DNA of 64,000 bases from an uncultured Bacteroidota bacterium (GTDB lineage Bacteria; Bacteroidota; Ignavibacteria; UBA10030; UBA6906). The stretch lies in contig CAVOYH010000003.1 in the NCBI GenBank assembly GCA_963700635.1, positions 320,001 through 384,000 on the forward strand, given 5' to 3'. The notes below the pieces were generated by a model. That model saw only the letters and a list, made by a program, of their open reading frames with translations, was not told the origin of the DNA and did no database searches. Each line of letters begins with the position of its first letter. Positions within the stretch are counted from its first letter, which is position 1. This document shows, piece by piece, positions 1-9,961 of the stretch. The translations under genes were made by a program, and so were the position numbers.

Positions 1-822
1 CGCACGCCGCACAGGACCAGACCGGTCGGAGACGTGGTGCGCGACCTGCGGAACACGTCGGCTCTCCCCTGGCACAAACGCAAGATGGCCATGGTGCTCG
101 ATAACAACCTGGGAGGCGACCTGATCTATGCGAAGGAGCTCCTTGCGGCGATCGCTGATCTGAAGCTGTGGGGCCTCGGCGTACAATTCAGCATCGAAGC
201 GCTACGCGACGACGCCTTTGTGGAGGTGCTTGCCGCAGCCCGATGCCGCATGGCATTCATCGGTATGGAATCCCTCGACCCACGCAGCCTTGCAGATGTG
301 AAAAAGAAGCAGAACAACGTCTCGGAATACCGGGACGCATTCGACAAGCTCCACCGCCACGGGATCCTCACCTTCACCGGGTTGATGTTCGCGCTGGATG
401 AGGACACCCCGGCCTACTATCGTGAACTCCCCCGCCTCCTTGAGGAAGTGGGCACCACGGTGATACTCCCGTCGATCGCGATCCCGATCTATGGGACGCC
501 GCTGTACCAGAAAGTAGTTGCCGAAGGCCGGTTGCTTGACACCGACCTTTCTCACTACGAGGGCGACCATCTGGTGTTCCGGCACAAGTACATGTCGCCG
601 GAGCAGATCCGTGAAGCCTATCGCACCGTTACCATGGGGTTTTACCGGTGGGGCACCATCCTGAAGCGGTGGATCAGATTCATGGGAAAGCAGTCGAAAC
701 AGGAATCCCTCGGCGGGTTTCTTCTGAAGCTGTCTGTTCTGAGTTTCATATACGTGAAGCTGTCCGTCTTCCAGCGCCACCACGCCCGGATCCGCATCAA
801 CGGCGGTGCGATGGCATCGTAA
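1..822 (+). CDS. B12-binding-type radical SAM protein, C-terminal part (5' end outside window)
   Basis: Frame is open from base 1 (RTRPVGDVVRDL...DNNLGGD...AFIGMES...GLMFALDED...PIYGTPLY), the C-terminal barrel pattern of class B radical SAM enzymes. The CxxxCxxC motif is not in the window. Confidence 0.75.
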   Translation, partial: RTPHRTRPVGDVVRDLRNTSALPWHKRKMAMVLDNNLGGDLIYAKELLAAIADLKLWGLGVQFSIEALRDDAFVEVLAAARCRMAFIGMESLDPRSLADVKKKQNNVSEYRDAFDKLHRHGILTFTGLMFALDEDTPAYYRELPRLLEEVGTTVILPSIAIPIYGTPLYQKVVAEGRLLDTDLSHYEGDHLVFRHKYMSPEQIREAYRTVTMGFYRWGTILKRWIRFMGKQSKQESLGGFLLKLSVLSFIYVKLSVFQRHHARIRINGGAMAS

Positions 823-842
823 CGCGCACCCGGCATCTCCGG

Positions 843-1559
843 TCAGCGCTTCCTGCCTCGTGCGGATGACACCTTCCCTTCCCGGGAGAATTTGTATCCT
901 GCTGTGTGCACGGTGAGGATATGCTGCGGTGTGGCGGCGTTGATTTCCAGCTTCTTGCGAAGAGAGAGAATATAGTTATCGACCGTTCTTGTCGTCGGAA
1001 ATACCTCGTACCCCCAGACCCCGTTGAGGAGCATGTCCCGCGTGACGACTTCCCCTTCGTGCAGAATAAGGAATTTGAGGACACTGTATTCGCGCACGGA
1101 CAGCTGCACTGGCACCCCGCCGCGCACTGCCTCCTGCTTGCGAAAGTCAACGGTCACGGAGGCAAACGCGTAGTCATCGAGTTCCGTCCGGAGTTCATGG
1201 CTCCTCCGGAACCGGGCATGAATGCGTGCCAGGAGTTCCCGTGTGCTGAACGGCTTGGTCATATAGTCATCCGCGCCCATCTCCAGACCGAGCACTTTGT
1301 CCATTTCCTGACTCTTGCTCGTCAGCATGAGGATTGGCGTTTGAACGCCGCTCTCCCGGAGTTGTTTGCACACTTCTTCGCCATTGATGTCGGGAAGACC
1401 GAGATCGAGGAGAATGAGATCCACATTTTCCTTCCGGCCCAGCGTCAACCCCCGCGAACCGGTCGGCGCGGTGAGGACCCGAAAGTGTTCTGCGGTGAGC
1501 ACCTCCTCCAGACCCTGGATGATGGCGGGATCGTCTTCAATAACGAGGATGGTTTTCAT
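843..1559 (-). CDS. OmpR/PhoB-family response regulator
   Basis: Receiver domain (ILVIEDD, LILLDLGLP, ADDYMTKPF) plus winged-helix tail (TRTVDNYILSLRKKLE). Start set at MKTIL (1559), overlapping the kinase 3' end. Confidence 0.95.
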   Translation of the reverse strand: MKTILVIEDDPAIIQGLEEVLTAEHFRVLTAPTGSRGLTLGRKENVDLILLDLGLPDINGEEVCKQLRESGVQTPILMLTSKSQEMDKVLGLEMGADDYMTKPFSTRELLARIHARFRRSHELRTELDDYAFASVTVDFRKQEAVRGGVPVQLSVREYSVLKFLILHEGEVVTRDMLLNGVWGYEVFPTTRTVDNYILSLRKKLEINAATPQHILTVHTAGYKFSREGKVSSARGRKR

Positions 1560-4038
1560 TGGACCTCTTCCGTGTGTTGGGAGCCGGAGCAGGAAACACC
1601 AATGTGATTTCGCTTCCTTTTCCCACGGCGCTTTCCACCTCAACCCGGCCGCCGTGAGCATCCATGATGTGCTTGACTATCGAGAGGCCGATGCCGACCC
1701 CCTGGAGACGCCGGGGAAGCGTGGGATCCCGGTAGAATTTTTCGAAGACATGCGGACGGGCCTCGGGGCTGATTCCTGCCCCGCGATCGCGGACGCTGCA
1801 GATGATGGCATCCCGCCGTTTGGCGGCAACAATCGTAATCATTTTTTCCTCACCCCCATACTTCATTGCGTTGGTGAGAAGATTCATGACGGCCTCGCCG
1901 ACGGCATCCGGGTCTGCGTGGATCGTGAGACGGGAACGGTTGCGTGGAAAGCGGCGCTCCACCCGAAATCCCTCTTTGCGCAGCTGGTATTCCAGGAGCC
2001 GGAGGACGGATTTGAGTGTCCGGAGCAGGTCCATGTCGCGAAAGGAGTACTGCACAGCCCCGTCTTCGATGCGTGCGGAGTCGAGAATCGTGGAGACCAT
2101 CCGGTTCAGACGATCCGCTTCACCCTCCACGACGGTCAGAAAGCCACGCCCCTTCCTGTCGCTCGCGGCGACATGCCTCTTGAGAAGCTCTGTGTACATT
2201 TTGATAGACGTGAGCGGCGTCCGCAGATCGTGTGACACGTAGGAAACAAAATCCGATTTCAGCGCGTTGAGGGTGAGCAATCTGTCGGCTTCAGCTTCCT
2301 TGACAATCAGCTGTCGCTGCAACCGGAGGCGTTCTATCTCCAGACCCGCCTGTGACGCAACGCCACGGAGAAGGTCAATGTCCTCGCTGCTGAACCGGTG
2401 TCCTGATTCCTTGGGCCCGAGCAGGATGTAGCCGAGGATCCGTTCCTGTTTCGAGTGGACCGGGACGGCGATCACAAGATCCCACATTGCCGCGAGGCGG
2501 GAGTCTGCCGTAACACAGGCCAGACCCTGTTCGATGGCGGCGTCAACGGCGATCGGGAGAGGGCGGCCAAATGTCTTCTCGTGGAGATATGCCATCAATT
2601 CCGAAACAGCTTCGACCGGTTTTCCATGCCACGCCAGGACCGTCGGTGTACCATCGTTCTTCGTGTCGACCACAAATGCAAGCAGGCTGGTCGGGAGAAG
2701 CCGTGCCAGCCGATCGATGAGTTTCCTCGCGAGAAGGGTTTCCGAGGGCGCGCGCCGGATCTCTTCCAGTAGCTCACCTGCCGCCTTCCGATAATCGTAC
2801 CGTACCCGGAAATAGCGCATATCGACGTGATGCTGCACTGTGCGCCGGAGGGGCTGGAAAACGAGGGCAATGAGAACAGCGCTGCCGGTCGAGATCACGA
2901 GCGAGATTTCGAACGTGAATGTTGTCACCATGGCAGCCACGCCGAGGACGAGCGCAAGATACACCCCCACAATGATCGCCGTCACCGTCGCATAGACGAC
3001 GCTCCGGTTGAGCAGAAGATCGATATCAAGAATGTGGTATCGCACGATGGAGATACCGAATGAGAGCGGAATCGCCCCCGAGAAGAGCAGCATGACCTCC
3101 TCGGGCACCAGCCCGTACGAGAGAATGATCGAGGGGATGACCCAGAGAACAACGAACGGAACGAAGCCGACAAACAGTCCCCAGACGACCCAGCGCAGCC
3201 GTCTGCGTTCCGGCTCTTCGCCCGCCGTCAGGTATGCGTGGCGCACCGAGAGGAGTCCACCGACCACCAGGGCAACAAGAAACCAGCGTGTTGCCGTGAA
3301 TGCCTGGAGATGAACATGGAAATCCGTCACCAGGCCAGTATCGGCGGCGCGAATGAACGTCACGCCGTTCGCCACCGAGAGAACGGCAGCGAGCCCATAC
3401 AGGCTCGCAAACATCCAGACGTGCTTCGGTGTTCGATCGCGAGGGAACAGCGATGCGAATCGGAGAAACCACACGGGGACAAACGCATACATGACTGAGA
3501 ATACGACCCGGAGCCCGATACCGACCTCAAGCGGAATCGTGCCGTACTGACCCCATGTTGTCGAGAGCATGACGGCGGTGCCGACGGCGCCCAGGTGAAA
3601 CACGCGCGCAGCCCGGTCTCCGGGTCGACGGAGGAACACAACGATTCCAACGCCGTAGAACAACATGCTGACGAGAATGACGATGACGAGATACAGGGAT
3701 CCATAGTATGGTACGAGGGAGATCGTAAGGGTGCGGAGTGTGCCGTCTCTCTCGACGACACACGGAACGAGCGTTCCGACAGTGTGGCGATCAAGGAGAA
3801 ACTCGATATCCTCCACGTTTCGCACCTGCTGACCTGCGATGCTGACCATCCGGTCTCCGGCGAGGAACTTCGAGGGAGGTGAGGCGACGTGAGTGCAGAC
3901 GATGCGCTCGTCAACTTCTGAGTAGCTGATCCCGAGGCCGGGCTTGGCAGCGATGCGGAGAATACCAACACAGCAGAGGAGGAGCACCCCTCCGTGGAGG
4001 AGCGCGGCAATCGGGTGCGCGCGAATCGAGGAGAACAT
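1537..4038 (-). CDS. Membrane sensor histidine kinase (PDZ-like, multi-TM, GAF-like, HisKA, HATPase)
   Basis: H-box SHDLRTPL, N-box NLLTNAMKY, G boxes DRGAGI and GVGIGL. Many TM helices and a PDZ-like stretch (GDRMVSIAGQQV). Start chosen at ATG 4038 after GGAAGG; the ORF track start is 4122. Confidence 0.9.
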   Translation of the reverse strand: MFSSIRAHPIAALLHGGVLLLCCVGILRIAAKPGLGISYSEVDERIVCTHVASPPSKFLAGDRMVSIAGQQVRNVEDIEFLLDRHTVGTLVPCVVERDGTLRTLTISLVPYYGSLYLVIVILVSMLFYGVGIVVFLRRPGDRAARVFHLGAVGTAVMLSTTWGQYGTIPLEVGIGLRVVFSVMYAFVPVWFLRFASLFPRDRTPKHVWMFASLYGLAAVLSVANGVTFIRAADTGLVTDFHVHLQAFTATRWFLVALVVGGLLSVRHAYLTAGEEPERRRLRWVVWGLFVGFVPFVVLWVIPSIILSYGLVPEEVMLLFSGAIPLSFGISIVRYHILDIDLLLNRSVVYATVTAIIVGVYLALVLGVAAMVTTFTFEISLVISTGSAVLIALVFQPLRRTVQHHVDMRYFRVRYDYRKAAGELLEEIRRAPSETLLARKLIDRLARLLPTSLLAFVVDTKNDGTPTVLAWHGKPVEAVSELMAYLHEKTFGRPLPIAVDAAIEQGLACVTADSRLAAMWDLVIAVPVHSKQERILGYILLGPKESGHRFSSEDIDLLRGVASQAGLEIERLRLQRQLIVKEAEADRLLTLNALKSDFVSYVSHDLRTPLTSIKMYTELLKRHVAASDRKGRGFLTVVEGEADRLNRMVSTILDSARIEDGAVQYSFRDMDLLRTLKSVLRLLEYQLRKEGFRVERRFPRNRSRLTIHADPDAVGEAVMNLLTNAMKYGGEEKMITIVAAKRRDAIICSVRDRGAGISPEARPHVFEKFYRDPTLPRRLQGVGIGLSIVKHIMDAHGGRVEVESAVGKGSEITLVFPAPAPNTRKRSNENHPRY

Positions 4039-4096
4039 GAGGCCTTCCGTGATGCCGTGCGCAATATACGGATTCTCCTCAAACTCCGCCAGAGCA

Positions 4097-4125
4097 TTGC
4101 TTTTCCTGTGCGATTTCGCCATACT
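4097..4125 (+). promoter_or_regulatory. Putative sigma70 promoter upstream of the smpB remnant and dipeptidase
   Basis: TTGCTT (4097-4102), 17-nt spacer, CATACT (4120-4125), 24 nt before ATG 4150. Confidence 0.5.
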
Positions 4126-4149
4126 AAACGCGCAATTTCAAGACGGCGC

Positions 4150-4364
4150 ATGGCACACCAGGCAGAGGCGGACGAAAAAGTTGTTGCAACAAATCGTAAG
4201 GCACGCCTGAGTATGCTGTCCTTGAGGCTCTCGAAACCGGAATCGTCCTGACCGGCACGGAAGTGAAATCGCTCCGCCAGGGAAACGCGCATATGACCGG
4301 AGAGAAGATGAACAAGTCGCTGGATAACTACATCGGGATCAGTGCTCCGAACGCCGCCAGATAG
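4150..4364 (+). pseudogene. smpB: Collapsed remnant: frameshifted 5' part of smpB fused to an internal tyrS (TyrRS KMSKS-loop) fragment
   Basis: With one base restored near 4207 it reads MAHQAEADEKVVATNRKARxEYAVLEALETGIVLTGTEVKSLRQGNAHM (SmpB N-terminus), then directly GEKMNKSLDNYIGIS (TyrRS EKMSKSLDNYIG signature), then TAG at 4362-4364. Confidence 0.85.
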
Positions 4365-4446
4365 ACCCCACAGAAACCACGGGAACTCCCATATCCGGCA
4401 ACTCGTTATACCCGATACACCTCCACCCCCATTCCTGAGGCAGACC

Positions 4447-5679
4447 ATGCACAATCTTGTGCGACAATCCGCGGTTCTCTTCGTCCTTCTTGCAAGTTCC
4501 ACCCTGCACCAGGCACCAGCCGGCCAGCCCAACCCGGATTCCTCCCTCTCCCTTCGAGCCCACACTCTCGCCCAACGCTTGACCATCGTGGATACCCACA
4601 TCGACCTGCCTTCGCTGCTGCTCGACAAATGGCATGATGTGTCGGTCAGAAAACCCGGTGACAACTTTGACTATGTCAGGGCAAAGGAGGGGGGACTCAC
4701 TGTTCCGTTTATGTCCATCTACATCCCCTCACGCCTGGAAGGAACAGGAAAGGCAAAAGAGCGGGCAGAACAGATGATTGCGGCAGTGCGCAAGATGGTC
4801 ACAACATGGCCGGATAAGTTTGACCTCGTCTACTCGCCCGTAGAGATCGAGCGGAAGAAACACTCAGGAAAAATTCTCCTCGCCATGGGGATGGAAAACG
4901 GCGCGCCTCTCCAGGGAAACCTCGCAAATCTTGCGTACTTCCATTCGCTCGGAATCCGCTACATCACCCTGGCCCATGCACAATGGAATCACCTCTGTGA
5001 TGCATCCTACGATCCGGAGAGACACTGGAATGGCCTGAGCCCGTTTGGCAAACAGGTGATCGGGGAGATGAACCGCCTTGGCATCATGGTGGATGTCTCC
5101 CACCTCACAGACAGCGCCGCATTCCAGGCAATCCGACTTTCACGTGCCCCGGTTATTGCCTCACACTCTTCATGCCGGTCCTTTACCCCGGACTTCGAAC
5201 GGAATATGAGCGATGAACTGATCGTCGCTCTCGCAAAGAAGGGGGGCGTTATCCAGATTAACTTCGGATCGGAATTTATAGACGACTCAGTCCGGACCGC
5301 GTATGTGAGGCACGGCAACGCTGTCGCTGATTCCATCCGGCGCAGGGGATTAAATCCACAATCTGCGGAAGCACGGAAGTTTAAACGGGAATACGCCAGA
5401 AAGAATCCGCAACCCTATGCAACGATCGACGAGGTTGCCGCGCATATTGACCATGTCCGGCACCTGGTAGGCGTTGATTTCGTCGGGCTCGGGTCTGACT
5501 TCGAAGGTGTTGGCAATTCGCTTCCTGAAGGACTTAAAGACGTGTCCGGATATCCGAACCTGATCGAGGCATTACTCCGGAGGGGGTATGATGAACGGGA
5601 TATCGCCAAGGTGTGCGGCGGGAACCTGCTCAGAGTCTGGTCTGCTGTGGAACAGGTGGCACACGAGGAACACCAATAA
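4447..5679 (+). CDS. Membrane dipeptidase (peptidase M19 family), exported
   Basis: Motifs DTHID, GMENG, VDVSH, IASHS, GLGSDFEG. Signal-like N-terminus from ATG 4447. Confidence 0.93.
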   Translation: MHNLVRQSAVLFVLLASSTLHQAPAGQPNPDSSLSLRAHTLAQRLTIVDTHIDLPSLLLDKWHDVSVRKPGDNFDYVRAKEGGLTVPFMSIYIPSRLEGTGKAKERAEQMIAAVRKMVTTWPDKFDLVYSPVEIERKKHSGKILLAMGMENGAPLQGNLANLAYFHSLGIRYITLAHAQWNHLCDASYDPERHWNGLSPFGKQVIGEMNRLGIMVDVSHLTDSAAFQAIRLSRAPVIASHSSCRSFTPDFERNMSDELIVALAKKGGVIQINFGSEFIDDSVRTAYVRHGNAVADSIRRRGLNPQSAEARKFKREYARKNPQPYATIDEVAAHIDHVRHLVGVDFVGLGSDFEGVGNSLPEGLKDVSGYPNLIEALLRRGYDERDIAKVCGGNLLRVWSAVEQVAHEEHQ

Positions 5680-5705
5680 GGATAGAAGTCCTGGATGGCA
5701 TTCGT

Positions 5706-6590
5706 TCAACGTAACAGCATCATCAGGTGTGTGCGCACCTGCTTTCGGGTTTCCATCACGCACGCATACATCCCCGAAGGAAGCTCTGCCCCATCAAAGT
5801 ACAACTCGTACAACCCGGATTCATGGTGAGATTCAACGATCGTTCTGATGTGCTGGCCAAGAACGTTGCACAGGGATAGTCTGACCGGACCCGGCTGAGA
5901 CACACTATAATAGATGCGCGTGGATGGGTTGAACGGATTGGGAGAGTTGCAGAGAACTGTGATCAATCCGGAGTGAACAAGCTCACTCGTTCTTCCGGAA
6001 ACGGAGAGCGGCGCCGATGCTGAATTCCTGGGATTGGGGAGGCCCACCACAAAATCTTCTCCGTTATCCCCCGAGTCTTTTTTTCCATCCTCCCGCCGGT
6101 GTACCGACTGTGTGCTGCCCGGACCGGGAGCCGGAGCGGAGCCCTCAAAACAGCTGGCCGTCGATCCAAATCCCACAAAGTCCACAACCGACGGACCCAG
6201 AGGACACACTCCGGCAAGTGCCGCCGGCGAGTTGACAAGTGCCACCTTCCCGGCCGTCGCACTCATGGCAATTGATCCGGTGACGTCCGGGATTGGCAGC
6301 GCGACCGAACCGCCGCCACCGGGAGCCTCCTGGATCAGAAAGTATCTCGAAGGGTGTATCATGCCTGCCAACGGCGTGCCCTGCCAGGTTCCACCTGTTG
6401 CTGAGGCGTATTGCAGACTCCAGCCGGCGAGATCCACGGGAGATGAGCCCGTATTGAGAATTTCAACAAAATCGTGCGTAAACGTTGAACCGCTGTTCCC
6501 CCCACCGCCATAAATCTGGCTGATTCGGACCTGCCCCGGACACTTACCCGCCAGAACGACCAAAACAAGGAGAAATAGCACCTGTTTCAT
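5706..6590 (-). CDS. Lamin-tail-domain protein with T9SS C-terminal sorting domain
   Basis: Signal peptide, LTD signature ISQIYGGGGNSG...DFVEILN...VDLAGWSLQY, and CTD NSPNPFNPSTRI...LPSGMY. Confidence 0.85.
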   Translation of the reverse strand: MKQVLFLLVLVVLAGKCPGQVRISQIYGGGGNSGSTFTHDFVEILNTGSSPVDLAGWSLQYASATGGTWQGTPLAGMIHPSRYFLIQEAPGGGGSVALPIPDVTGSIAMSATAGKVALVNSPAALAGVCPLGPSVVDFVGFGSTASCFEGSAPAPGPGSTQSVHRREDGKKDSGDNGEDFVVGLPNPRNSASAPLSVSGRTSELVHSGLITVLCNSPNPFNPSTRIYYSVSQPGPVRLSLCNVLGQHIRTIVESHHESGLYELYFDGAELPSGMYACVMETRKQVRTHLMMLLR

Positions 6591-6858
6591 GCTTCCTCAC
6601 CTCACCCTTAAACCCTGAGTAGTAATCCAGAAGTTGTGAACCTCCCACGGCACCAATCATCCCGCTACACTTACTACACCGTGACAATCAGAATTCCGTG
6701 TGCGGACAATGGGTATCTGCGTCTTGACTTTCTCAGCCAACGGTGCAATATTCTTATATAGAGAAGAACCCGAGATTGTCCTTTTTCTCGAAACCTCGTT
6801 CACTCCTGCCAACAGAGAGGGGTTCTCTGTTTATCCTACTTTCGAAGGAGGGCACACC

Positions 6859-8013
6859 GTGTTCACGCGCAAACTCCACCTCATTTTTCTCGGATTGCTT
6901 GTCTGCTCTCCGATGTACGCTGCGGATAATACCTACCAGGTGTACGTTACCCAGACCCTGGCTGGAAGCTACTACGATGTGAGCGTATGGATCGGTTCGG
7001 CAAGTCCGGAATTTGTCCTGGCGACCGCCGGGTTCAAACTCAGCTACAATCCCGAGGCTCTGGGATGCCCCACTAAACTCCCGTCTGACGACGGGCCCTG
7101 GGATCAGCAGACCGATGCCGATTATGCCAACATGACGCTTATTCTGCACGACGGCGCCGCCGTTGAACTCCACACCCGATTCCTGGGGGGTGTCGACTTC
7201 ACAGGAACACCCGTCCCGTCAGCCACGACGACCCATGTGGGCACTATCCGATTTTATATCCGCGACCCGTCTCTGCCGGCACTTCTGAACTGGAGCCAGC
7301 CCTTTGTCTTCCGGCTCAACTCACCCGGAACACAACCGCCGCTGGAAATATTGTACACCGCAGGCGGTGATTTTGTTCCGCCCGACGACCAGCCCCTTCC
7401 GATTACCCTGGCATCATTCGTTGGCGCGCCGGTTGCGGGAGGCCCGGGTGTGGAACTCTCCTGGCGTACATTGAGCGAGATAAACAACTACGGCTTTACG
7501 ATCCAGCGGCGTGTGGCGGAAATGGGAGAGTTTGTGGCACTCCCCGGGGGGTTTGTCCCCGGCGCCGGCACGACCGCTGAACCACGTTCCTATTCCTTCA
7601 TGGACCGGACTCTTGAACGGCCGGGACGGTATGAGTACCGTTTGATGCAGGAGGATCTGAACGGCAAGTTCTGGCTCTCTGAGGTTATCACCGTCAATGT
7701 CATCGTCACAGCACTCGAGGACATCGAAACGCCGATCGATCCGAGCCTGGTGCGGAATTATCCGAATCCGTTTAACCCGGAAACAACAGTGCAGTACGGA
7801 GTTGCTTCGCCATCCTGGGTGAGCGTGGAAGTCTTTACGATTCTGGGGCAGAAAGTCCGTACACTGGTCAACACCCGGCTGGACAGAGGCCGGTATGCAG
7901 TGACCTGGGATGGTAATGACGATCACGGACAGCAGGTGAACAGCGGCACGTATCTTTGCCGGGTGGCTTCTGAGGGTCAGGTCGGAACAGCAAGAATGGT
8001 TATGGTCCGGTAG
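6859..8013 (+). CDS. Secreted protein with T9SS CTD/FlgD-Ig domain and a cohesin-like N-terminal beta-sandwich
   Basis: GTG start after AAGGAGG, signal peptide, PLPITLASF...LSWRTLSEINNYGF module, CTD NYPNPFNPETTV...WDGNDD...SGTYLC. Confidence 0.8.
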   Translation: MFTRKLHLIFLGLLVCSPMYAADNTYQVYVTQTLAGSYYDVSVWIGSASPEFVLATAGFKLSYNPEALGCPTKLPSDDGPWDQQTDADYANMTLILHDGAAVELHTRFLGGVDFTGTPVPSATTTHVGTIRFYIRDPSLPALLNWSQPFVFRLNSPGTQPPLEILYTAGGDFVPPDDQPLPITLASFVGAPVAGGPGVELSWRTLSEINNYGFTIQRRVAEMGEFVALPGGFVPGAGTTAEPRSYSFMDRTLERPGRYEYRLMQEDLNGKFWLSEVITVNVIVTALEDIETPIDPSLVRNYPNPFNPETTVQYGVASPSWVSVEVFTILGQKVRTLVNTRLDRGRYAVTWDGNDDHGQQVNSGTYLCRVASEGQVGTARMVMVR

Positions 8014-9961
8014 GCCTGAATCTCCCCACCCATCCTCCACCGTTCGCAAGACGTATGCGGAAGTGAGAATCCTGTGTAACGGTGGAGGTTGCTGATTTGT
8101 AATCAATCGCCCGCTGATCTGCGTTCACGCCGTCCTGAAAAGCCGTGAGCGTGTATGATTTCCCCCCCTCAAGAAATGCACAGTCGATGTCCAGACTGCG
8201 GCCATCCCAGCCCGTGATAGCTCCGACATACCAATCCTCCCCCTTTCTACGGGCCACGGCCACATACTCTCCCACTTTTGCATGCACCACACGGAGGTCA
8301 TCCCACGTCGTGGGAATTTCCGCCATAAACCGCATACATTCATCCTCCCGGTAGTAATCGGGAGGAGCATCCGGCAACATGCGCATGGGGCTCTCGAGCA
8401 CCACACACAGCGCCATGGTATGCGCCCTGGTCCCCTGTCCCATGGGCCGGTTTACAATCATCCGGAACTCATGCTGCTGGGCATTGCGCATTGTCCCGGG
8501 AAGGTAGTCCGCCGGACCGGCTACCATGCGGATAAAAGGGAGGATGGTATGATATTCGGGCGAATCAGTCATATTCACCGCGTTCTGCTCAAACTCAATG
8601 AGCCCTTCCCGGGTAATAATATGGGGGAATGTCCGCCGCAATCCGTCCGGTTTGTAGGCCCCGTGGAGCACGACAAGCATCTTCCGCCTTGCAGTTTCTT
8701 CCGCGAGACGGTAGTAGAACTTCACCATTTCCTGATCGTCCCGGTTCATGAAGTCCACCTTGATGCCGGCGACGTTCCATCGTGAGAATTGTTCGAATGC
8801 AGCATCCCACTGACGTTCCAGAGTCGACCAGACTGCCCAGAGAAGCATCTGTACTCGTTTGCTCTTCGCATACGCAAGAACTTCTTCCATATCCAGCGCG
8901 GGGTTGATGCTCAAAAGATCGTCTTCCTTTGTCCAGCCACAATCCAGAAGGACATACTCCAGACTGTAGTGTGCGGCAAAATCGATCAGATATTTGGCGG
9001 TTGCGGTGTTTACATCACCCGGAAAATCCACACCAAAGAGGTTACGCCGCGCCCACCAGTCCAACGTCACGATACCGGGCTGTATCCAAGACGCCCCGGT
9101 AAGCCGGGAGGGTTCTCCCAGCAGGTAGACAAGCGAGTTGGTCAGAAGGTCTGCATCGTTTCTTGCTGCTATAAAAACCCGCCAGGGATACATCCTCGTT
9201 CCTCCGGTCCGGGCAATCTCAGGAGCATGTTTTGTCACCTTTCCCCGCGTATAGTGATCTGCGCCATCCAGCAGCTCCAGCGGATATCCGGGAAATGTGG
9301 AGCGCAGCACCCCTCCGCCCTCGTGTCTGATCCAGAGACCCGGATAGTCTTCCACGCTGGCTTCCGTCACCACGATGCGCCGTCCGGAACCCAGGCTGAT
9401 AAGGAACGGCAGGTTGCAGAGACTGTCCTGTGCCATGGCCGGAAGAGCGGTCGTCCGGTAGGGGTATTCATAGGATGACCAGAATTCCGGGTTGGCCTGA
9501 TACGTTATGATTGCGCCTTCGGGAAAGGTCAACGCCAGAGATTCCCGGTCAATCGTAATATCACCCCCGATGGAGGTGACAAACCGGTACGCAACTCCTT
9601 CATCATACGCACGCAGGACAATGCTGTACCGACCCCGGAACACCACTTTCACTTCATTGAACCTGTCGCGCAGGAGCGCGGCTTTTTCCCGGACAAGGGG
9701 ATGTTCAACGGTATCCTGAGACCGGCGGTGGGTAGCCTCGACAATGGGAACCACCCCGAACGGTTTTTCCCCCCGCATCGACATGCCGATTGATGAGAGA
9801 GAAAACAATGGTGTTGTACCATCGTTTACGCGCAGGGAGAGTGTCTGGCTGACGTTCAACGTCGCGGTGATACGCCCGTCGGGCGAAAAGACGGTGATTT
9901 CTTCAGCAGCCCCAGTGCACAGAAGACCGGAAGCCATGATCAGAAGCATCGTGTGTTTCAT
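8000..9961 (-). CDS. Glycoside hydrolase family 97, retaining-type signature (alpha-galactosidase/alpha-glucosidase-like)
   Basis: Motifs SPDG, RAYDEGVAYRF, PWRV, SWIQPG, GIKVDFM, GPADYLPG, PTTWDD, ARRKGEDWYVG, LANGGG. Signal peptide from ATG 9961. Confidence 0.93.
   Translation of the reverse strand: MKHTMLLIMASGLLCTGAAEEITVFSPDGRITATLNVSQTLSLRVNDGTTPLFSLSSIGMSMRGEKPFGVVPIVEATHRRSQDTVEHPLVREKAALLRDRFNEVKVVFRGRYSIVLRAYDEGVAYRFVTSIGGDITIDRESLALTFPEGAIITYQANPEFWSSYEYPYRTTALPAMAQDSLCNLPFLISLGSGRRIVVTEASVEDYPGLWIRHEGGGVLRSTFPGYPLELLDGADHYTRGKVTKHAPEIARTGGTRMYPWRVFIAARNDADLLTNSLVYLLGEPSRLTGASWIQPGIVTLDWWARRNLFGVDFPGDVNTATAKYLIDFAAHYSLEYVLLDCGWTKEDDLLSINPALDMEEVLAYAKSKRVQMLLWAVWSTLERQWDAAFEQFSRWNVAGIKVDFMNRDDQEMVKFYYRLAEETARRKMLVVLHGAYKPDGLRRTFPHIITREGLIEFEQNAVNMTDSPEYHTILPFIRMVAGPADYLPGTMRNAQQHEFRMIVNRPMGQGTRAHTMALCVVLESPMRMLPDAPPDYYREDECMRFMAEIPTTWDDLRVVHAKVGEYVAVARRKGEDWYVGAITGWDGRSLDIDCAFLEGGKSYTLTAFQDGVNADQRAIDYKSATSTVTQDSHFRIRLANGGGWVGRFRPTGP

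Noticed and set aside
4040-4450. tmRNA gene or integrative-element attachment site next to the smpB remnant
   Set aside because: No tmRNA-like ends, integrase or flanking direct repeat is visible in the window.
3360-4664. 434-aa minus-strand ORF and many other long overlapping or antisense ORFs in the track
   Set aside because: They overlap well-supported genes, have Ser/Arg-rich composition and no motifs, as expected for shadow ORFs in GC-rich DNA.
6811-6831. Hairpin AACAGAGA-GGGGT-TCTCTGTT in the leader of the CTD gene
   Set aside because: A single short stem with no riboswitch consensus I can recognise; its function is unsupported.
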